In this document: in pieces, positions 18,705 through 28,888 of the stretch
Position numbering within the stretch: the first letter of the stretch is position 1
Layout of the letters: each line of letters starts with the position of its first letter
NCBI GenBank assembly: GCA_965217585.1
Contig: OZ244561.1
Span: 2,176,001-2,240,000 of the forward strand
Reading direction: 5' to 3'
DNA from: Candidatus Latescibacterota bacterium
Lineage (GTDB): Bacteria; Latescibacterota; UBA2968; UBA8231
Length of the DNA: 64,000 bases
Translations under genes and position numbers: made by a program
Notes under the pieces: generated by a model
Databases searched by the model: none
Told to the model about the DNA's origin: nothing
The model's input: the letters and a program-made list of their open reading frames with translations, nothing else

Positions 18705-19844
18705 CTATGTCGCCTTCTCCCCCTCCTGCCGCCGCCAAATCTCATACGGATTCTCCCGATTTGCCAGCGGCAAAGACACCCGCGTGCCCAAGCGCTGCGA
18801 CTCGTGTACCGCCATGATCATTTCCAACGCCGCTCGCCCGTCCTCGCCGCTGGAACAGGCCCGCACCGGGCGATCCTCCTCAATGGCTTGGATCAATTCG
18901 CGCACAATGATCAAATTGCTCTGGTGCGTGCGCTCGCCCGCCGAGTATTGTTCCCACTCGTCCAACAGCACCCGTTCCCAAGTGCCGTTTTCCTCGCCGG
19001 GGATCCACATGCCCTGGCGATAGATGTACATCTCGCCGTTGGGCGAATTGCGCAGGGCGATGATGCCCTCACTGCCGTGTGCCTCAAAACCGAACCAACG
19101 GCTATTGAACCCTTTTGGATAGCCCGGTTGCGATTCAAAATGAGCGGTCACCCCATTCGCAAAAACGTAGTACGCCGCCACCCCGTTGCCGGCGATCAAA
19201 CCGATGCGCTCGTCCCCTTCCCGCACATCGGCCAATGTCACCTCGCGCCCATCCTGCGTGACGTGCCCGTGAGCCCAAACCACCTCGGCCCCGGCGAAGT
19301 AGCGCATACTGTCCATCATGTGCGTGCCCAAGACCATCAGATCCTGAGACCCGGCCCGGTGGTCGGACTTGCCGTGGCTGCGCAGCACTTGTAGCTGGCC
19401 GATAGCGCCCTCGTCAACCAGCTTTTTGCCGTACTGCTCGTAGGGATTGGCGCGCCGGTGCGCCACTGCGGTCTTGACGCCGTGCTCCTGACAGGCCGCC
19501 AACAGGGCGTCGGCTTCGCGCAGAGAGGGTGTCAGCGGCTTCTCGATAAACACGCCGCGCACCCCGGCCTCGGCACAGGCGATGACCATGTCGGCGTGGC
19601 AGTCGGGCATCCGCGGACAGACGCTGACTATATCCAAGTCCTCCTCGGCGAGCATCTGGCGGTAATCGGCGTAGAGCCGCTGGGCACCCGTGCGCTCGCC
19701 GGCTGCGGCGCGGCCCTCGGGATCGGGGTCGGCCACAGCGACTAAATCCACTTGCTCCAAGTCCCGGTAAACGGTTGCCAGCCCGTGGCCGTAGTCGCCA
19801 GCACCCGTGCGCCCGATGACTCCGGCTTTGTAGCGCTTACTCAT
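18705..19844 (-). CDS. Gfo/Idh/MocA family oxidoreductase
   Basis: 'GVIGRTGAGDYGH', 'IEKPL', 'GTHMMD'. Confidence 0.9.
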   Translation of the reverse strand: MSKRYKAGVIGRTGAGDYGHGLATVYRDLEQVDLVAVADPDPEGRAAAGERTGAQRLYADYRQMLAEEDLDIVSVCPRMPDCHADMVIACAEAGVRGVFIEKPLTPSLREADALLAACQEHGVKTAVAHRRANPYEQYGKKLVDEGAIGQLQVLRSHGKSDHRAGSQDLMVLGTHMMDSMRYFAGAEVVWAHGHVTQDGREVTLADVREGDERIGLIAGNGVAAYYVFANGVTAHFESQPGYPKGFNSRWFGFEAHGSEGIIALRNSPNGEMYIYRQGMWIPGEENGTWERVLLDEWEQYSAGERTHQSNLIIVRELIQAIEEDRPVRACSSGEDGRAALEMIMAVHESQRLGTRVSLPLANRENPYEIWRRQEGEKAT

Positions 19845-19869
19845 AATTCACACTCCTTGTCGCTTAGTT

Positions 19870-20733
19870 TCATTGAACTACCAAGATTACGGCTAGCACG
19901 CCCACGCCCACGCCCAAAACGGCCGCCCGACTGAGCGGCTCTTTCCACAATAGCGGTGCCGTCACATTGTCCAAAATGACAACGCCGCAGCCCACCAGTG
20001 GGAAAAATACCGTGCCCGGTACGTGCTTGAGCGAGATCAGCACGGCCGTTAAGGCGAGCAGATTGTACACCCCGATACCAGCCCCCACCGCCAAATCAAA
20101 GCGCCGAATGCGCTGCCGCGCCTCCCATAACAACACGGTGGCACCAATGGTCCCGGCGGTAAAGCCGATGACCATGAGCACTTGTAAATACGCATCGTCC
20201 AAGCCGGCGTAATGCACCCAGCGCAGACAGGAGGTACTCATCCCCTGGATACTGAAAACCAATATCAGCAGCGCCGTGGCGATCCAGCGCGGAACATTGG
20301 TATGGTGGCCAGCGTGCCGCGACATCAACAAAACGGCCACCAACGCCAAGCCCAAGCCCAGTAGTTGAAGGCCGCCCAACGGCTCGTTCCACAGCAGTAC
20401 GCCCAGCCCCACCGGCACGACGATGGCGAGGCGGAAAGCGGTCAACACCGAAGCCACGCGAAAGGTCCGCAACAAGCGCGTCATCAACAGCATGGAGCTA
20501 ATGAAGACGATGCCGGTGATCGCGCCGACCTTTACCGCGGCGACCGGCACTTGCAATTGTCCGGTGAATCCCAGATAGAGCAGCAGAATGGAAGATAGAA
20601 CCCAATAGTTGGTCGATACCACGGTTGGGGCGTAGCACCGCTGTTGCGTGGCCCATTTGAACACCTGCCCAAAGCCGAATTCCATCAGCAGCGGCAGCAC
20701 TAACCAGAGGGGCGGTGCCCCTTCAATACTCAT
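19870..20733 (-). CDS. DMT/EamA-like transporter
   Basis: About 10 TM segments, two 'LW.EPL' repeats. Confidence 0.8.
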   Translation of the reverse strand: MSIEGAPPLWLVLPLLMEFGFGQVFKWATQQRCYAPTVVSTNYWVLSSILLLYLGFTGQLQVPVAAVKVGAITGIVFISSMLLMTRLLRTFRVASVLTAFRLAIVVPVGLGVLLWNEPLGGLQLLGLGLALVAVLLMSRHAGHHTNVPRWIATALLILVFSIQGMSTSCLRWVHYAGLDDAYLQVLMVIGFTAGTIGATVLLWEARQRIRRFDLAVGAGIGVYNLLALTAVLISLKHVPGTVFFPLVGCGVVILDNVTAPLLWKEPLSRAAVLGVGVGVLAVILVVQ

Positions 20734-20892
20734 CCGCAGTCCCCTAAAAAATTGACATGCGCTCTACACCGGCTCCAAACTCCACGACCACCCCTTCACT
20801 GTCAAGCTACTCTCTTGCTGCTGGCGTCCATTGCCGTCCCCGACAAAAGTCTATTCTATTATATATATATAGCCGATGACAGGGAGCGAGCT

Positions 20893-21696
20893 ATGCAATT
20901 AGAACGACTACTTCTGCACCTAAAACTAGACGGCTGGTGCGTGGTCGAAGGCGTCATCCCAGCCGATCAAGTTGAGCACGTGCGCCACAGCGTCGAGGCC
21001 ACGGTCGCGGCGCACCGCAATCCCGCAGCTCCATCCGGCATTGGCCATCTGCCGGGCATGATCAACTTCGACCAGTCCTTTGCGCCTTTTCTCGCGGATG
21101 AAAATCTCCTCGCCTTGGTCGGCGCGATGCTGGGGCCGCATCCACGCATCTCCTTCACCACCGGCACGATCAATCACCCGGGCAACGAGCGCGGCGGCTG
21201 GCACGCCGATTGGCCCTTTAACCAGAACAACGCCGGCCATATCCCCGCGCCGTATCCCGACGCGACGGTCCACTTGACTACCTTGTGGATGCTGGCACCT
21301 TTCACCGAGGAAAACGGCGGCACCCTCCTAGTCCCCGGCAGCCACCGGTCTCCGAACAACCCCACCGGCGACAATGGCGTCGATCCGCAGGCCCCTTATC
21401 CCACGGAAGTAAACGCCTGCGGCCCAGCCGGTAGCGTGCTCGTGCTCGACAGCCGCCTGTGGCACGCGACAGCCCCCAACCGCTCGCGCCAACCCCGCAC
21501 CTCTGTAGTCGTGCGCTACGCCCCTTGGTGGCTCAATGTTGAGGTCTTGCGCCCCGGCTCGGACGAGCGCCGCCGCCTGTCAGAGGAGACCGGCATCAAG
21601 GAAAACGCCGTGCCGTCGCTACCGGCCGACGTTTTCGCCGAACTGCCCGCCCCGGTCCAGCCCTTGTTTCGTCATTGGGTCGCTCGGCCCGAATAG
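20893..21696 (+). CDS. PhyH-like Fe(II)/2OG dioxygenase
   Basis: 'WHADWP', 'ENGGT.LVPGSH', 'GSVLVLDSRLWHA...N.S..PR'; start set at ATG 20893. Confidence 0.9.
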   Translation: MQLERLLLHLKLDGWCVVEGVIPADQVEHVRHSVEATVAAHRNPAAPSGIGHLPGMINFDQSFAPFLADENLLALVGAMLGPHPRISFTTGTINHPGNERGGWHADWPFNQNNAGHIPAPYPDATVHLTTLWMLAPFTEENGGTLLVPGSHRSPNNPTGDNGVDPQAPYPTEVNACGPAGSVLVLDSRLWHATAPNRSRQPRTSVVVRYAPWWLNVEVLRPGSDERRRLSEETGIKENAVPSLPADVFAELPAPVQPLFRHWVARPE

Positions 21697-21727
21697 GTTC
21701 CGCACCGATTTCGTTTCTCATTGCGTC

Positions 21728-21760
21728 CGTAGGGGCACCCCTCGTGGGTGCCCTTTTTTT
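21728..21760 (+). terminator. GTAG-type REP-like hairpin acting as a Rho-independent terminator
   Basis: CGTAG-GGGCACCC-ctcgt-GGGTGCCC-T7. Confidence 0.7.
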
Positions 21761-21783
21761 ATGCCCTCCCCATTCCGAACGAC

Positions 21784-21820
21784 TGTCCGAAAATGAACAG
21801 TGAGTGTTCAAAAGCGGACG
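21784..21820 (+). promoter_or_regulatory. Tandem enhancer-binding-protein sites (UAS)
   Basis: TGTCCGAAAATGAACA and TGTTCAAAAGCGGACG (TGT-N10-AC) about 60-90 bp upstream of a sigma54 promoter. Confidence 0.6.
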
Positions 21821-21874
21821 AAAACGTCCTGTCCCGAAAAATATAACTTTAGTAAAAACAACTATTTGTCACTT

Positions 21875-21889
21875 TGGCACGGAATTTGT
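21875..21889 (+). promoter_or_regulatory. sigma54 (-24/-12) promoter
   Basis: TGGCACGGAATTTGT (GG-N10-GT); cognate sigma54 activator downstream. Confidence 0.7.
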
Positions 21890-21912
21890 TTAGGTAATAG
21901 CCAAGCGGAGGT

Positions 21913-23181
21913 ATGAACCCCATGGATACAATGGACCGCCCAATAGATCCCACCTTCCTGCGACGCCAGCGCGGCAAACGCATCGCCTATTCAGTGGCGG
22001 GACTGGCTGCGCTCCTCTGGCTCTCGGTTTGGTTGCCCAGTTGGATCAGGCCGGCGCTGGACCCCGACCGCATTCGCACCGCGCAGGTGCAATGGGGTGC
22101 GGTGGAAGAGACGATTACCGCTTCGGGCACGGTGGTACCCCAATTCGAGCAGATCATCTTTAGCCCCATCAATACGCGGCTGGTGCGCATCCTGCAAAAG
22201 CCAGGGGCCATGCTGCAGCAGGGACAGCCCATCGTCGAACTGGACTTGAACGCAGCGCGGCTCGACGTCGAGAAACGGGCCGAAGAACTGGCCCTCAAGC
22301 AGAATCGCCGCACCCAACTCGAATTGGACGAACGCAAGAAGCTGAGCGACCTAGACACGCGCTGGCGGTTGAAAGACTTGGAATTTCAGCGGTTTAAGAC
22401 TCGCACCGCGCAGCTCCGCGAGTTACAGGGTTTTGGCGCAATCTCCCAAGAAGAGCTGAGCCAAGCGCACCTGCAATCTCAGCGCGCTGAGATTGAATTG
22501 CAGCAACTCGAAGCAGACCGCCGCAACCTCGTCGAATCCACTCAGGCCCAGTTGGAAGCCCTGCAATTGGAAATGAATATCCTCAAGCGCGAGGTCGAGG
22601 AGGCCCGCCGTCGCTTGGAGCGCGCCCACATCCGGGCCGACAGAGACGGCGTGCTCACCGCGATTGCGCCGGAAGTCGGCGCTTCCATCAGCCAGGGCCA
22701 GGAGATCGCCCGCATCGCCGACCTCAGCTCGTTCCGCGTCGATGTCACTGTTTCCGATATCCACGCTCGCCGGCTCCAGACCGGGCTGTGGGTGCGCCTG
22801 CGCATTAATGAGGAAGAATACGTAAAGGGGCACATCGCCCGCATCTTGCCCACGGTCGAAGGTGGGATCATCCAACTCGAAGTCGAGCTAGAAGATTCAG
22901 CGCACGCGCTGCTGCGGCCCAACCAGCGGGTGGACGCCTATATCGTCACCGCGCGCAAGGACCGCGCCCTGCGCCTCAAGCGGGGGCCGTTCATCAGCGG
23001 GCGGGAGGGCCTGCACGAGGTCTTTGTGGTGCGCGGCCAAACCGCAGTGAAAACCGAGGTGCGCATCGGCATTGCCAATTTCGAGTACTACGAGGTGGAG
23101 GAGGGATTGTTAGAGGGAGACGAGGTGATCATCTCGGATGTGAAAGACTACCTGCACTTGGACGAAGTCCAGATCAAATAA
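21913..23181 (+). CDS. HlyD/MacA-type periplasmic adaptor subunit
   Basis: N-terminal TM, 'ITASGTVVP', coiled coil, 'GL..GD.VI.SD'. Confidence 0.9.
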   Translation: MNPMDTMDRPIDPTFLRRQRGKRIAYSVAGLAALLWLSVWLPSWIRPALDPDRIRTAQVQWGAVEETITASGTVVPQFEQIIFSPINTRLVRILQKPGAMLQQGQPIVELDLNAARLDVEKRAEELALKQNRRTQLELDERKKLSDLDTRWRLKDLEFQRFKTRTAQLRELQGFGAISQEELSQAHLQSQRAEIELQQLEADRRNLVESTQAQLEALQLEMNILKREVEEARRRLERAHIRADRDGVLTAIAPEVGASISQGQEIARIADLSSFRVDVTVSDIHARRLQTGLWVRLRINEEEYVKGHIARILPTVEGGIIQLEVELEDSAHALLRPNQRVDAYIVTARKDRALRLKRGPFISGREGLHEVFVVRGQTAVKTEVRIGIANFEYYEVEEGLLEGDEVIISDVKDYLHLDEVQIK

Positions 23182-23192
23182 AGGAGACTGCC

Positions 23193-23858
23193 ATGATTAA
23201 ACTCGAAAGCATCGAAAAGGTGTACCGCACCGAGCAAGTTGAGACCCTGGCCTTGAGCAATATCAACTTCGCCGTTGACGAGGGGGAGTTCATCTCGGTG
23301 ATGGGGCCGTCCGGCTCGGGCAAGAGCACACTGCTCAACGTCATCGGCCTGCTCGACGAGCCTTCCGCTGGCGACCTGAGCCTGAACGGACGTCACGTCA
23401 ATTCCTACGCCGACCGCTACTTGGCGCGCATCCGCAACGAGGAGGTCGGCTTCATCTTCCAGAGTTTCCACCTGATCGCCGATTTGAACGTGGTCGATAA
23501 CGTGGAGATCCCCCTGCTCTATCGCCGCGGGCTGTCGGGCAAGGAGCGGCGCACGATGGCGCTGAAGGCGCTGGATCGGGTGGGGCTGAGTTCGCGGGTG
23601 AAGCACTTTCCGTCGCAACTGTCGGGCGGGCAGCAGCAGCGCGTGGCCGTGGCCCGGGCCATTGTCGCGCAGCCGCACATCCTGCTGGCCGACGAGCCGA
23701 CGGGCAATTTGGACAGCCAGATGGGCGACGAAATCATGGGTATCATGCACCAGCTCAACGAAGAGGGCACCACCATCGTCATGGTGACGCACGACCAGCG
23801 CTTGGCCGACCGCACCGGACGCACGGTGCGGCTCTTCGACGGGCGTCAGGTCCAGTGA
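23193..23858 (+). CDS. ABC transporter ATP-binding protein (LolD/MacB-like)
   Basis: GPSGSGKS, LSGGQQQR, LADEPTGNLD. Confidence 0.95.
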   Translation: MIKLESIEKVYRTEQVETLALSNINFAVDEGEFISVMGPSGSGKSTLLNVIGLLDEPSAGDLSLNGRHVNSYADRYLARIRNEEVGFIFQSFHLIADLNVVDNVEIPLLYRRGLSGKERRTMALKALDRVGLSSRVKHFPSQLSGGQQQRVAVARAIVAQPHILLADEPTGNLDSQMGDEIMGIMHQLNEEGTTIVMVTHDQRLADRTGRTVRLFDGRQVQ

Positions 23859-23865
23859 GGGCGAG

Positions 23866-25161
23866 ATGCTGAAGAATTACATCAAAATCGCCCTCAAGGT
23901 CTTTTGGCGGCACAAGTTTTTCACCGCCGTCAATCTGTTCGGGATCTGTTTTACGCTGGTGGTGCTGATGGTGGCGACGGGCTTCATTGACCAGCAAGTG
24001 GGGCCCATCCCGCCTGAAGTCCACGCCGACCGCACCCTGCACCTGAACTGGCTATTCGTGAAGTATGCTTCAACCGAGGGGCCGCTCATAGGGATCTCCA
24101 AGCCCAGTTATGCCTTTTTGGACCGCTATGTGCGCCCATTGGAAACCGCAGAAAATGTGACCGTGTTCTCTGATGTCGATTACCGAGGCTTGCACGGCGG
24201 TGCGGAGGAGGGCTCTGTGGGGGTGATAATGACCGATGAGGCGTATTGGGAGGTCTTTCGCTTCAATTTTAGTCAGGGTCGCCCCTATAACGTCTCGGAA
24301 GTGGAATCCGGCGATTTCGTCGCTGTGGTCAGCGCTGGCTTCAGCAAACGCTTCTTCGGCTCGGAGGAGGTCGTAGGCAAGAACGTGCCTATTGACGGGC
24401 AGAGTTACCGTATTGTCGGCGTGGTGGGTGATGCTCCCGGTATGCGAAGGAGAACCAACGCCGATGTCTGGGCTCCAGCGACCACCGCTCCTTCTGAGGA
24501 GTGGCGCACCTACAAATTCCGGGGAAACTTCAATGCGGCGGTATTAGCGCGGCGGTCGGCGGATATGGAGCGCATACGGGAGGAATTCGCCACCGTGCTG
24601 GAACAGGTGGAACCTCCGCCCGATATGCGCCTCCCCCCCGAGAGAGTATCCGCTCCGCTGCTCACTACGTTGGAGGCTTGGGCGCGCGAGAATAAACCGG
24701 ATTGGACCGAAGACTATAAAGCAGGTGAGGATTCTCAGCAGGCCGCTACGGCCCGGCTGCGGTTGTGGCTGCTAACCTTGGGCAGCTACATGCTGCTGTT
24801 CATGCTGCTGCCGGCGCTCCACCTCGTCAATCTCAATATCGGCCGCATTGAGGAGCGCAATTCTGAGATCGGCGTACGGAAGTCCTTCGGCGCTTCGGCT
24901 AGCACCTTGGTGGGACAATTCGTGGCGGAAAATGTGCTGCTCACCTTGGTGGGCGCAGCGCTCAGTCTGCCGCTCAGTTGGGGAATACTAGGGCTGGTTT
25001 CGATGGGTGGCGTGGCTTACATGGATGTCGGGGTATTGATCCGCACCTTCGTCTATGGAGTATTGATCGCCGTGTTCTTCGGCGTGGTGTCCGGGGCGTA
25101 TCCGGCTTGGAAAATGGCGCGTCTGCACCCCGTCAAGGCGTTGACTGGGAGGGAGAAATGA
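23866..25161 (+). CDS. MacB/FtsX-type ABC permease (type A, copy 1)
   Basis: 'MLKNYIKIA', 'EIGVRKSFGAS', 'SGAYPAWK'. Confidence 0.9.
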   Translation: MLKNYIKIALKVFWRHKFFTAVNLFGICFTLVVLMVATGFIDQQVGPIPPEVHADRTLHLNWLFVKYASTEGPLIGISKPSYAFLDRYVRPLETAENVTVFSDVDYRGLHGGAEEGSVGVIMTDEAYWEVFRFNFSQGRPYNVSEVESGDFVAVVSAGFSKRFFGSEEVVGKNVPIDGQSYRIVGVVGDAPGMRRRTNADVWAPATTAPSEEWRTYKFRGNFNAAVLARRSADMERIREEFATVLEQVEPPPDMRLPPERVSAPLLTTLEAWARENKPDWTEDYKAGEDSQQAATARLRLWLLTLGSYMLLFMLLPALHLVNLNIGRIEERNSEIGVRKSFGASASTLVGQFVAENVLLTLVGAALSLPLSWGILGLVSMGGVAYMDVGVLIRTFVYGVLIAVFFGVVSGAYPAWKMARLHPVKALTGREK

Positions 25162-26381
25162 TTGCTCATCTGTGTCGCTTGGCGTGGAATCGACGGCGGA
25201 CCAATCTGTTGCTCGTCGGCGAACTCCTCTTGGTGTTCTTGGTATTGACCCCCTTAATCGCTGGCTGGGTATTGTTCTTCACGGAAAAGTTGAGGCCGCT
25301 GGGATTCGAGTACGAGGACGTGTGGTCCGTCCGTTTGTCGGATAGGGATTATGGAGAACGGGCCCAAGGAGATTACCAGCGCAATATCGAGCTGGTGTGG
25401 CGAGAGCTACAGGCGCTCGACCAAGTCGAGGCGGTGACCCTAGCTAGCGAAGCACCGTTCCGCTTTCCAAGTTCATGGAACGGGATCACTTCCGTCCACA
25501 TCTCGGACGTAGGCTTGGATGTCTTGGGGCTGCGACTACTCAGTGGGCGCTGGTTCGAGTCCGAGGACGAGGCATTGGGCTGGACGCCGGCCGTCATTGA
25601 CCGGGAGTTGAGTCAGGTGCTGTTCGGCGACGAAGACCCGGTGGGTAAGGCAATCGGGGACTCACCCGCCATTGGTCTGCAAGGTGGGTACCATTCCCCT
25701 AGCCCCGACCGCGTCCGCGTGGTAGGCGTCGTGGAGAACTGTTTCTACTACGGAGCTTACGAGAGAGCCGATATGCCGGGTTTTATCTTCCTGCGGATTT
25801 CCCAGGAGTGGGTCGCCCATCCGCTACAGAGTTGGGTCAGTTTTCTCGTAAGGACTGCTCCGGGAGCGGGACTGGCGGTCGGCGAGACGTTCAGATCCCG
25901 GATCCAAGCGGTCGTCCCGGCAGACGAGTCCATAGCTCTCTCGGTGGAGTCCCTAGCGGAACGCTGGGAGGATGATCGTCTGGGCCGACTCCAGCTACTG
26001 AGGTTTGTCGCCCTGCTCAGTGGCCTGATGATGCTCATGGTGGCGCTGGGGCTGATCGGTATGATGTGGCAGAACGTGCGCCGGCGTACCCGCGAGATCG
26101 GCATCCGGCGGGCGGTCGGAGCACCCGGCGGGCGGATCTACGGCCAGTTCTTGGGCGAATTAGCGGTGCTGGTGACGTTGGCCATTGCGCTGGGCTGTGT
26201 GCCGATTGTCCAGTTCGGACTGTTGGATATGGTGTTGTGGAGCCGAGTGCCGGCCTATGTAGTCGCCAGCAGTCTCGGGACGACGGCGTTCGTGCTCTAT
26301 CTGCTGGTGCTGCTGTGCGGTCTTTATCCGAGTTGGCTGGCAACCAAAGTGCGGCCAGTCGAGGCCCTACACCACGACTAA
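25158..26381 (+). CDS. MacB/FtsX-type ABC permease (type B, copy 1)
   Basis: 'MIAHLCRLAWNRRRTN', 'EIGIRRAVGA', 'PVEALHHD'; ATGA overlap. Confidence 0.9.
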   Translation: MIAHLCRLAWNRRRTNLLLVGELLLVFLVLTPLIAGWVLFFTEKLRPLGFEYEDVWSVRLSDRDYGERAQGDYQRNIELVWRELQALDQVEAVTLASEAPFRFPSSWNGITSVHISDVGLDVLGLRLLSGRWFESEDEALGWTPAVIDRELSQVLFGDEDPVGKAIGDSPAIGLQGGYHSPSPDRVRVVGVVENCFYYGAYERADMPGFIFLRISQEWVAHPLQSWVSFLVRTAPGAGLAVGETFRSRIQAVVPADESIALSVESLAERWEDDRLGRLQLLRFVALLSGLMMLMVALGLIGMMWQNVRRRTREIGIRRAVGAPGGRIYGQFLGELAVLVTLAIALGCVPIVQFGLLDMVLWSRVPAYVVASSLGTTAFVLYLLVLLCGLYPSWLATKVRPVEALHHD

Positions 26382-26402
26382 TTCTATCTATGGGAGGCGA
26401 TC

Positions 26403-27656
26403 ATGCTGAAGAACTACATCAAAATGGCGCTCAAGGTCCTGTTGCGGCGCAAGGTTTTTACCTGCATCAGCCTTATTACCATCAGCTTCACGCTCATGGT
26501 GATGATGGTGGCGACGGCCTTGTTCGACCACGTCTTTGGCTCCTTCCCGCCGGAGACGCGGTCGGATCGGACGCTCGTCATGAAGATGCTCACAGGAGAA
26601 CACACAGAAAATGAAGGTAAGAGGATCGGGCAACCTAGCCACGCCTTTTTGAAGCGGTATGTGTCTCCTCTAACCGAGGCCGAAAAGGTGTCCATTTCCA
26701 CTGGCTTCTGGTCCTCGGAAGTAACGTATCGCAACGGCGTGAAGATCGAATCTGGCCTCAAGTACACAGACGGAGTGTTCTGGGAGATCCTTGAATTCGA
26801 CTTCCTCGAAGGCCGTCCCTATACCGCAAAGGAGGTAGAGGAGGGCCAACGGGTGGTAGTGATCAACGAGGAGACGCGCCGGGTATTTTTCGGGGGAGAG
26901 CAGGCCGTGGGGAAGTACATCAAGGTCAAAAAGCGTCCTTTCCGCGTGGTAGGGGTCGTACCCAATGTGCCGGCATTTCGCTTGGCATCCTTTGCGGATA
27001 TCTGGGTGCCCGTTAGCGCCCGTGAAACGGACGGGTACCTACGGTACGATTCGATATTCGGCGGCTCTCAGGCGCTGATCTTGGCGCGCGATACGGCCGC
27101 AATACCGCTTATCAAAGAGGAATTCGCCGATGTACTCACCCGGGTCGAATATCCCGATTCCGACGCCGTCAACCGCCTCATTGGTGGCCCTGAAACGCTG
27201 TTCGAAGAGGGTTCGCGTATGATGCGCATATTCAGGAGCTTCGGTGATACCGATGAGGTGATCCTGCTGCTCAGCGGTCTGGGGTTGCTCTTCATGCTCC
27301 TGCCGGTGGTCAGCTTGGTCAACATCAACACCACCCGCATCTTGGAGCGCGCTTCTGAGATCGGAGTGCGCAAGGCGTTCGGCGGGTCTTCGCTCACCTT
27401 GGTGGGTCAGTTCGTGGTGGAGAACGTGATTCTCACGCTCTTGGGCGGTGCCCTCGGGCTGGTTCTTACTTTTCTCGTCCTACAAGCGCTCGGTGCCAGC
27501 GACATTGTGCCATACGCCGAATTCCACCTGAACCACCGCATCTTTTTCTACGGCTTGGTGATGACCCTATTCTTCGGTCTGATTTCCGGCGCTTACCCAG
27601 CTTGGAAAATGTCGCGCCTACATATCGTAGAGGCACTCAGAAGGAGGAAGCAATGA
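26403..27656 (+). CDS. MacB/FtsX-type ABC permease (type A, copy 2)
   Basis: 'MLKNYIKMA', 'EIGVRKAFG', 'SGAYPAWK'. Confidence 0.9.
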   Translation: MLKNYIKMALKVLLRRKVFTCISLITISFTLMVMMVATALFDHVFGSFPPETRSDRTLVMKMLTGEHTENEGKRIGQPSHAFLKRYVSPLTEAEKVSISTGFWSSEVTYRNGVKIESGLKYTDGVFWEILEFDFLEGRPYTAKEVEEGQRVVVINEETRRVFFGGEQAVGKYIKVKKRPFRVVGVVPNVPAFRLASFADIWVPVSARETDGYLRYDSIFGGSQALILARDTAAIPLIKEEFADVLTRVEYPDSDAVNRLIGGPETLFEEGSRMMRIFRSFGDTDEVILLLSGLGLLFMLLPVVSLVNINTTRILERASEIGVRKAFGGSSLTLVGQFVVENVILTLLGGALGLVLTFLVLQALGASDIVPYAEFHLNHRIFFYGLVMTLFFGLISGAYPAWKMSRLHIVEALRRRKQ

Positions 27657-28822
27657 TACGCCATCTCTGCAAGCTAGTCTGGAATCGCAAAAGGGCGAAC
27701 GCGCTAACCGCCTTCCAGATCTTCATTTCTTTTTTGATCGTCTTTATTACGGCTTCCATCGCCGTGGACAATGCCGACAATTACCGGCGGCCTCTCGGAT
27801 TTTCATACGAAAATAGATGGGTTGTGGGCTTCTGGCGGGACCGGGAACTGCCGTCGGACGGCGAGGTGGAAGCACCCAGTCGCAGACAGGTCTATCAGGC
27901 CCTAGAGTCCTTCGACTGGATTGAGTCGGTTGCCGCGGCGGACGGCGGAGCAATCCCCTATGGTAGCTCTCAGTACGGTTCCACCATGGACGAACAACCG
28001 ATTGATTATGGTGCTGTTTCGGATGAGTTCTACGAGGTATTCGATCTCGACTTGGTCAATGGGAGGTGGTTCAGCGAGGAGGACGCGGTTCTAGACTGGG
28101 CACCGATCGTGATAACCCAGCCGCTCAGCGAGGCGCTCTTTGGCCGTGAAGATCCCATCGGCCAGCAGGTCGAATGGGAATGGAGGGGTAAAGGTAACGC
28201 GCGGGTCGTCGGGGTGGTCTCTGACTATCGTCGCAGAGGGGAGTTTTCCGATCCCGTTTTCTTTGTATTAACTCGCGTGGAAGACGATGCGCCTGTCCGT
28301 TTTTTGGTCAAAGTGCGTCCCGGTACGCCGTTGGCAGCCCAAGAGCAAATCGACAAGCGGCTCAAGGCCATGGCTCCGGGGTACCGAGTTGACATTACAA
28401 CCTTAGAGGAAGATCGCGCCTCGTCGTTCAAGTTGAGCATGATACCCCTGTTCGCCGCCGGGGTCGTCTCGGTGTTGGTGTTGGGCATGGTGGCGCTGTC
28501 GTTGAGCGGCGTGCTGTGGCAGCGGACGACGCTGAGAATTGAGGAGATCGGCCTGAGAAGGGCCTTGGGCGGGTCGGCAGCCAGTATCTACGCGCAGTTG
28601 GCGGGCGAGATGCTGGTGGTCGCTAGCATCGGCGTAATTGCTGGTCTGCTGGTCATCGTGCAATTCCCACTGCTGGAACTGCTCGATTACACCAGCGGGA
28701 TCTATGCGCTCAGTCTGGCCTTTGCGGCGCTGGTGATTTACGGCCTCGTGATTGTGTGCAGCCTGTACCCAGGGCGGCTAGCCTGCCGAATACGGCCGGT
28801 CGAGGCGCTGCACCACGAATGA
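27653..28822 (+). CDS. MacB/FtsX-type ABC permease (type B, copy 2)
   Basis: 'MIRHLCKLVWNRKRAN', 'EIGLRRALG', 'PVEALHHE'. Confidence 0.9.
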   Translation: MIRHLCKLVWNRKRANALTAFQIFISFLIVFITASIAVDNADNYRRPLGFSYENRWVVGFWRDRELPSDGEVEAPSRRQVYQALESFDWIESVAAADGGAIPYGSSQYGSTMDEQPIDYGAVSDEFYEVFDLDLVNGRWFSEEDAVLDWAPIVITQPLSEALFGREDPIGQQVEWEWRGKGNARVVGVVSDYRRRGEFSDPVFFVLTRVEDDAPVRFLVKVRPGTPLAAQEQIDKRLKAMAPGYRVDITTLEEDRASSFKLSMIPLFAAGVVSVLVLGMVALSLSGVLWQRTTLRIEEIGLRRALGGSAASIYAQLAGEMLVVASIGVIAGLLVIVQFPLLELLDYTSGIYALSLAFAALVIYGLVIVCSLYPGRLACRIRPVEALHHE

Positions 28823-28888
28823 TTCGGAATGTGGCTGTCTGAACTGAGCAAACCCAAACGTACTTCACACATCCCATAGGAGGATGAC

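Noticed and set aside
18570-18705. Divergent integron integrase at the array head
   Set aside because: No tyrosine recombinase ORF or remnant recognisable; the next gene is an oxidoreductase on the same strand.
21728-21760. REP/RAYT mobile system
   Set aside because: Single REP-like hairpin and no RAYT transposase in the window; kept only as a terminator.
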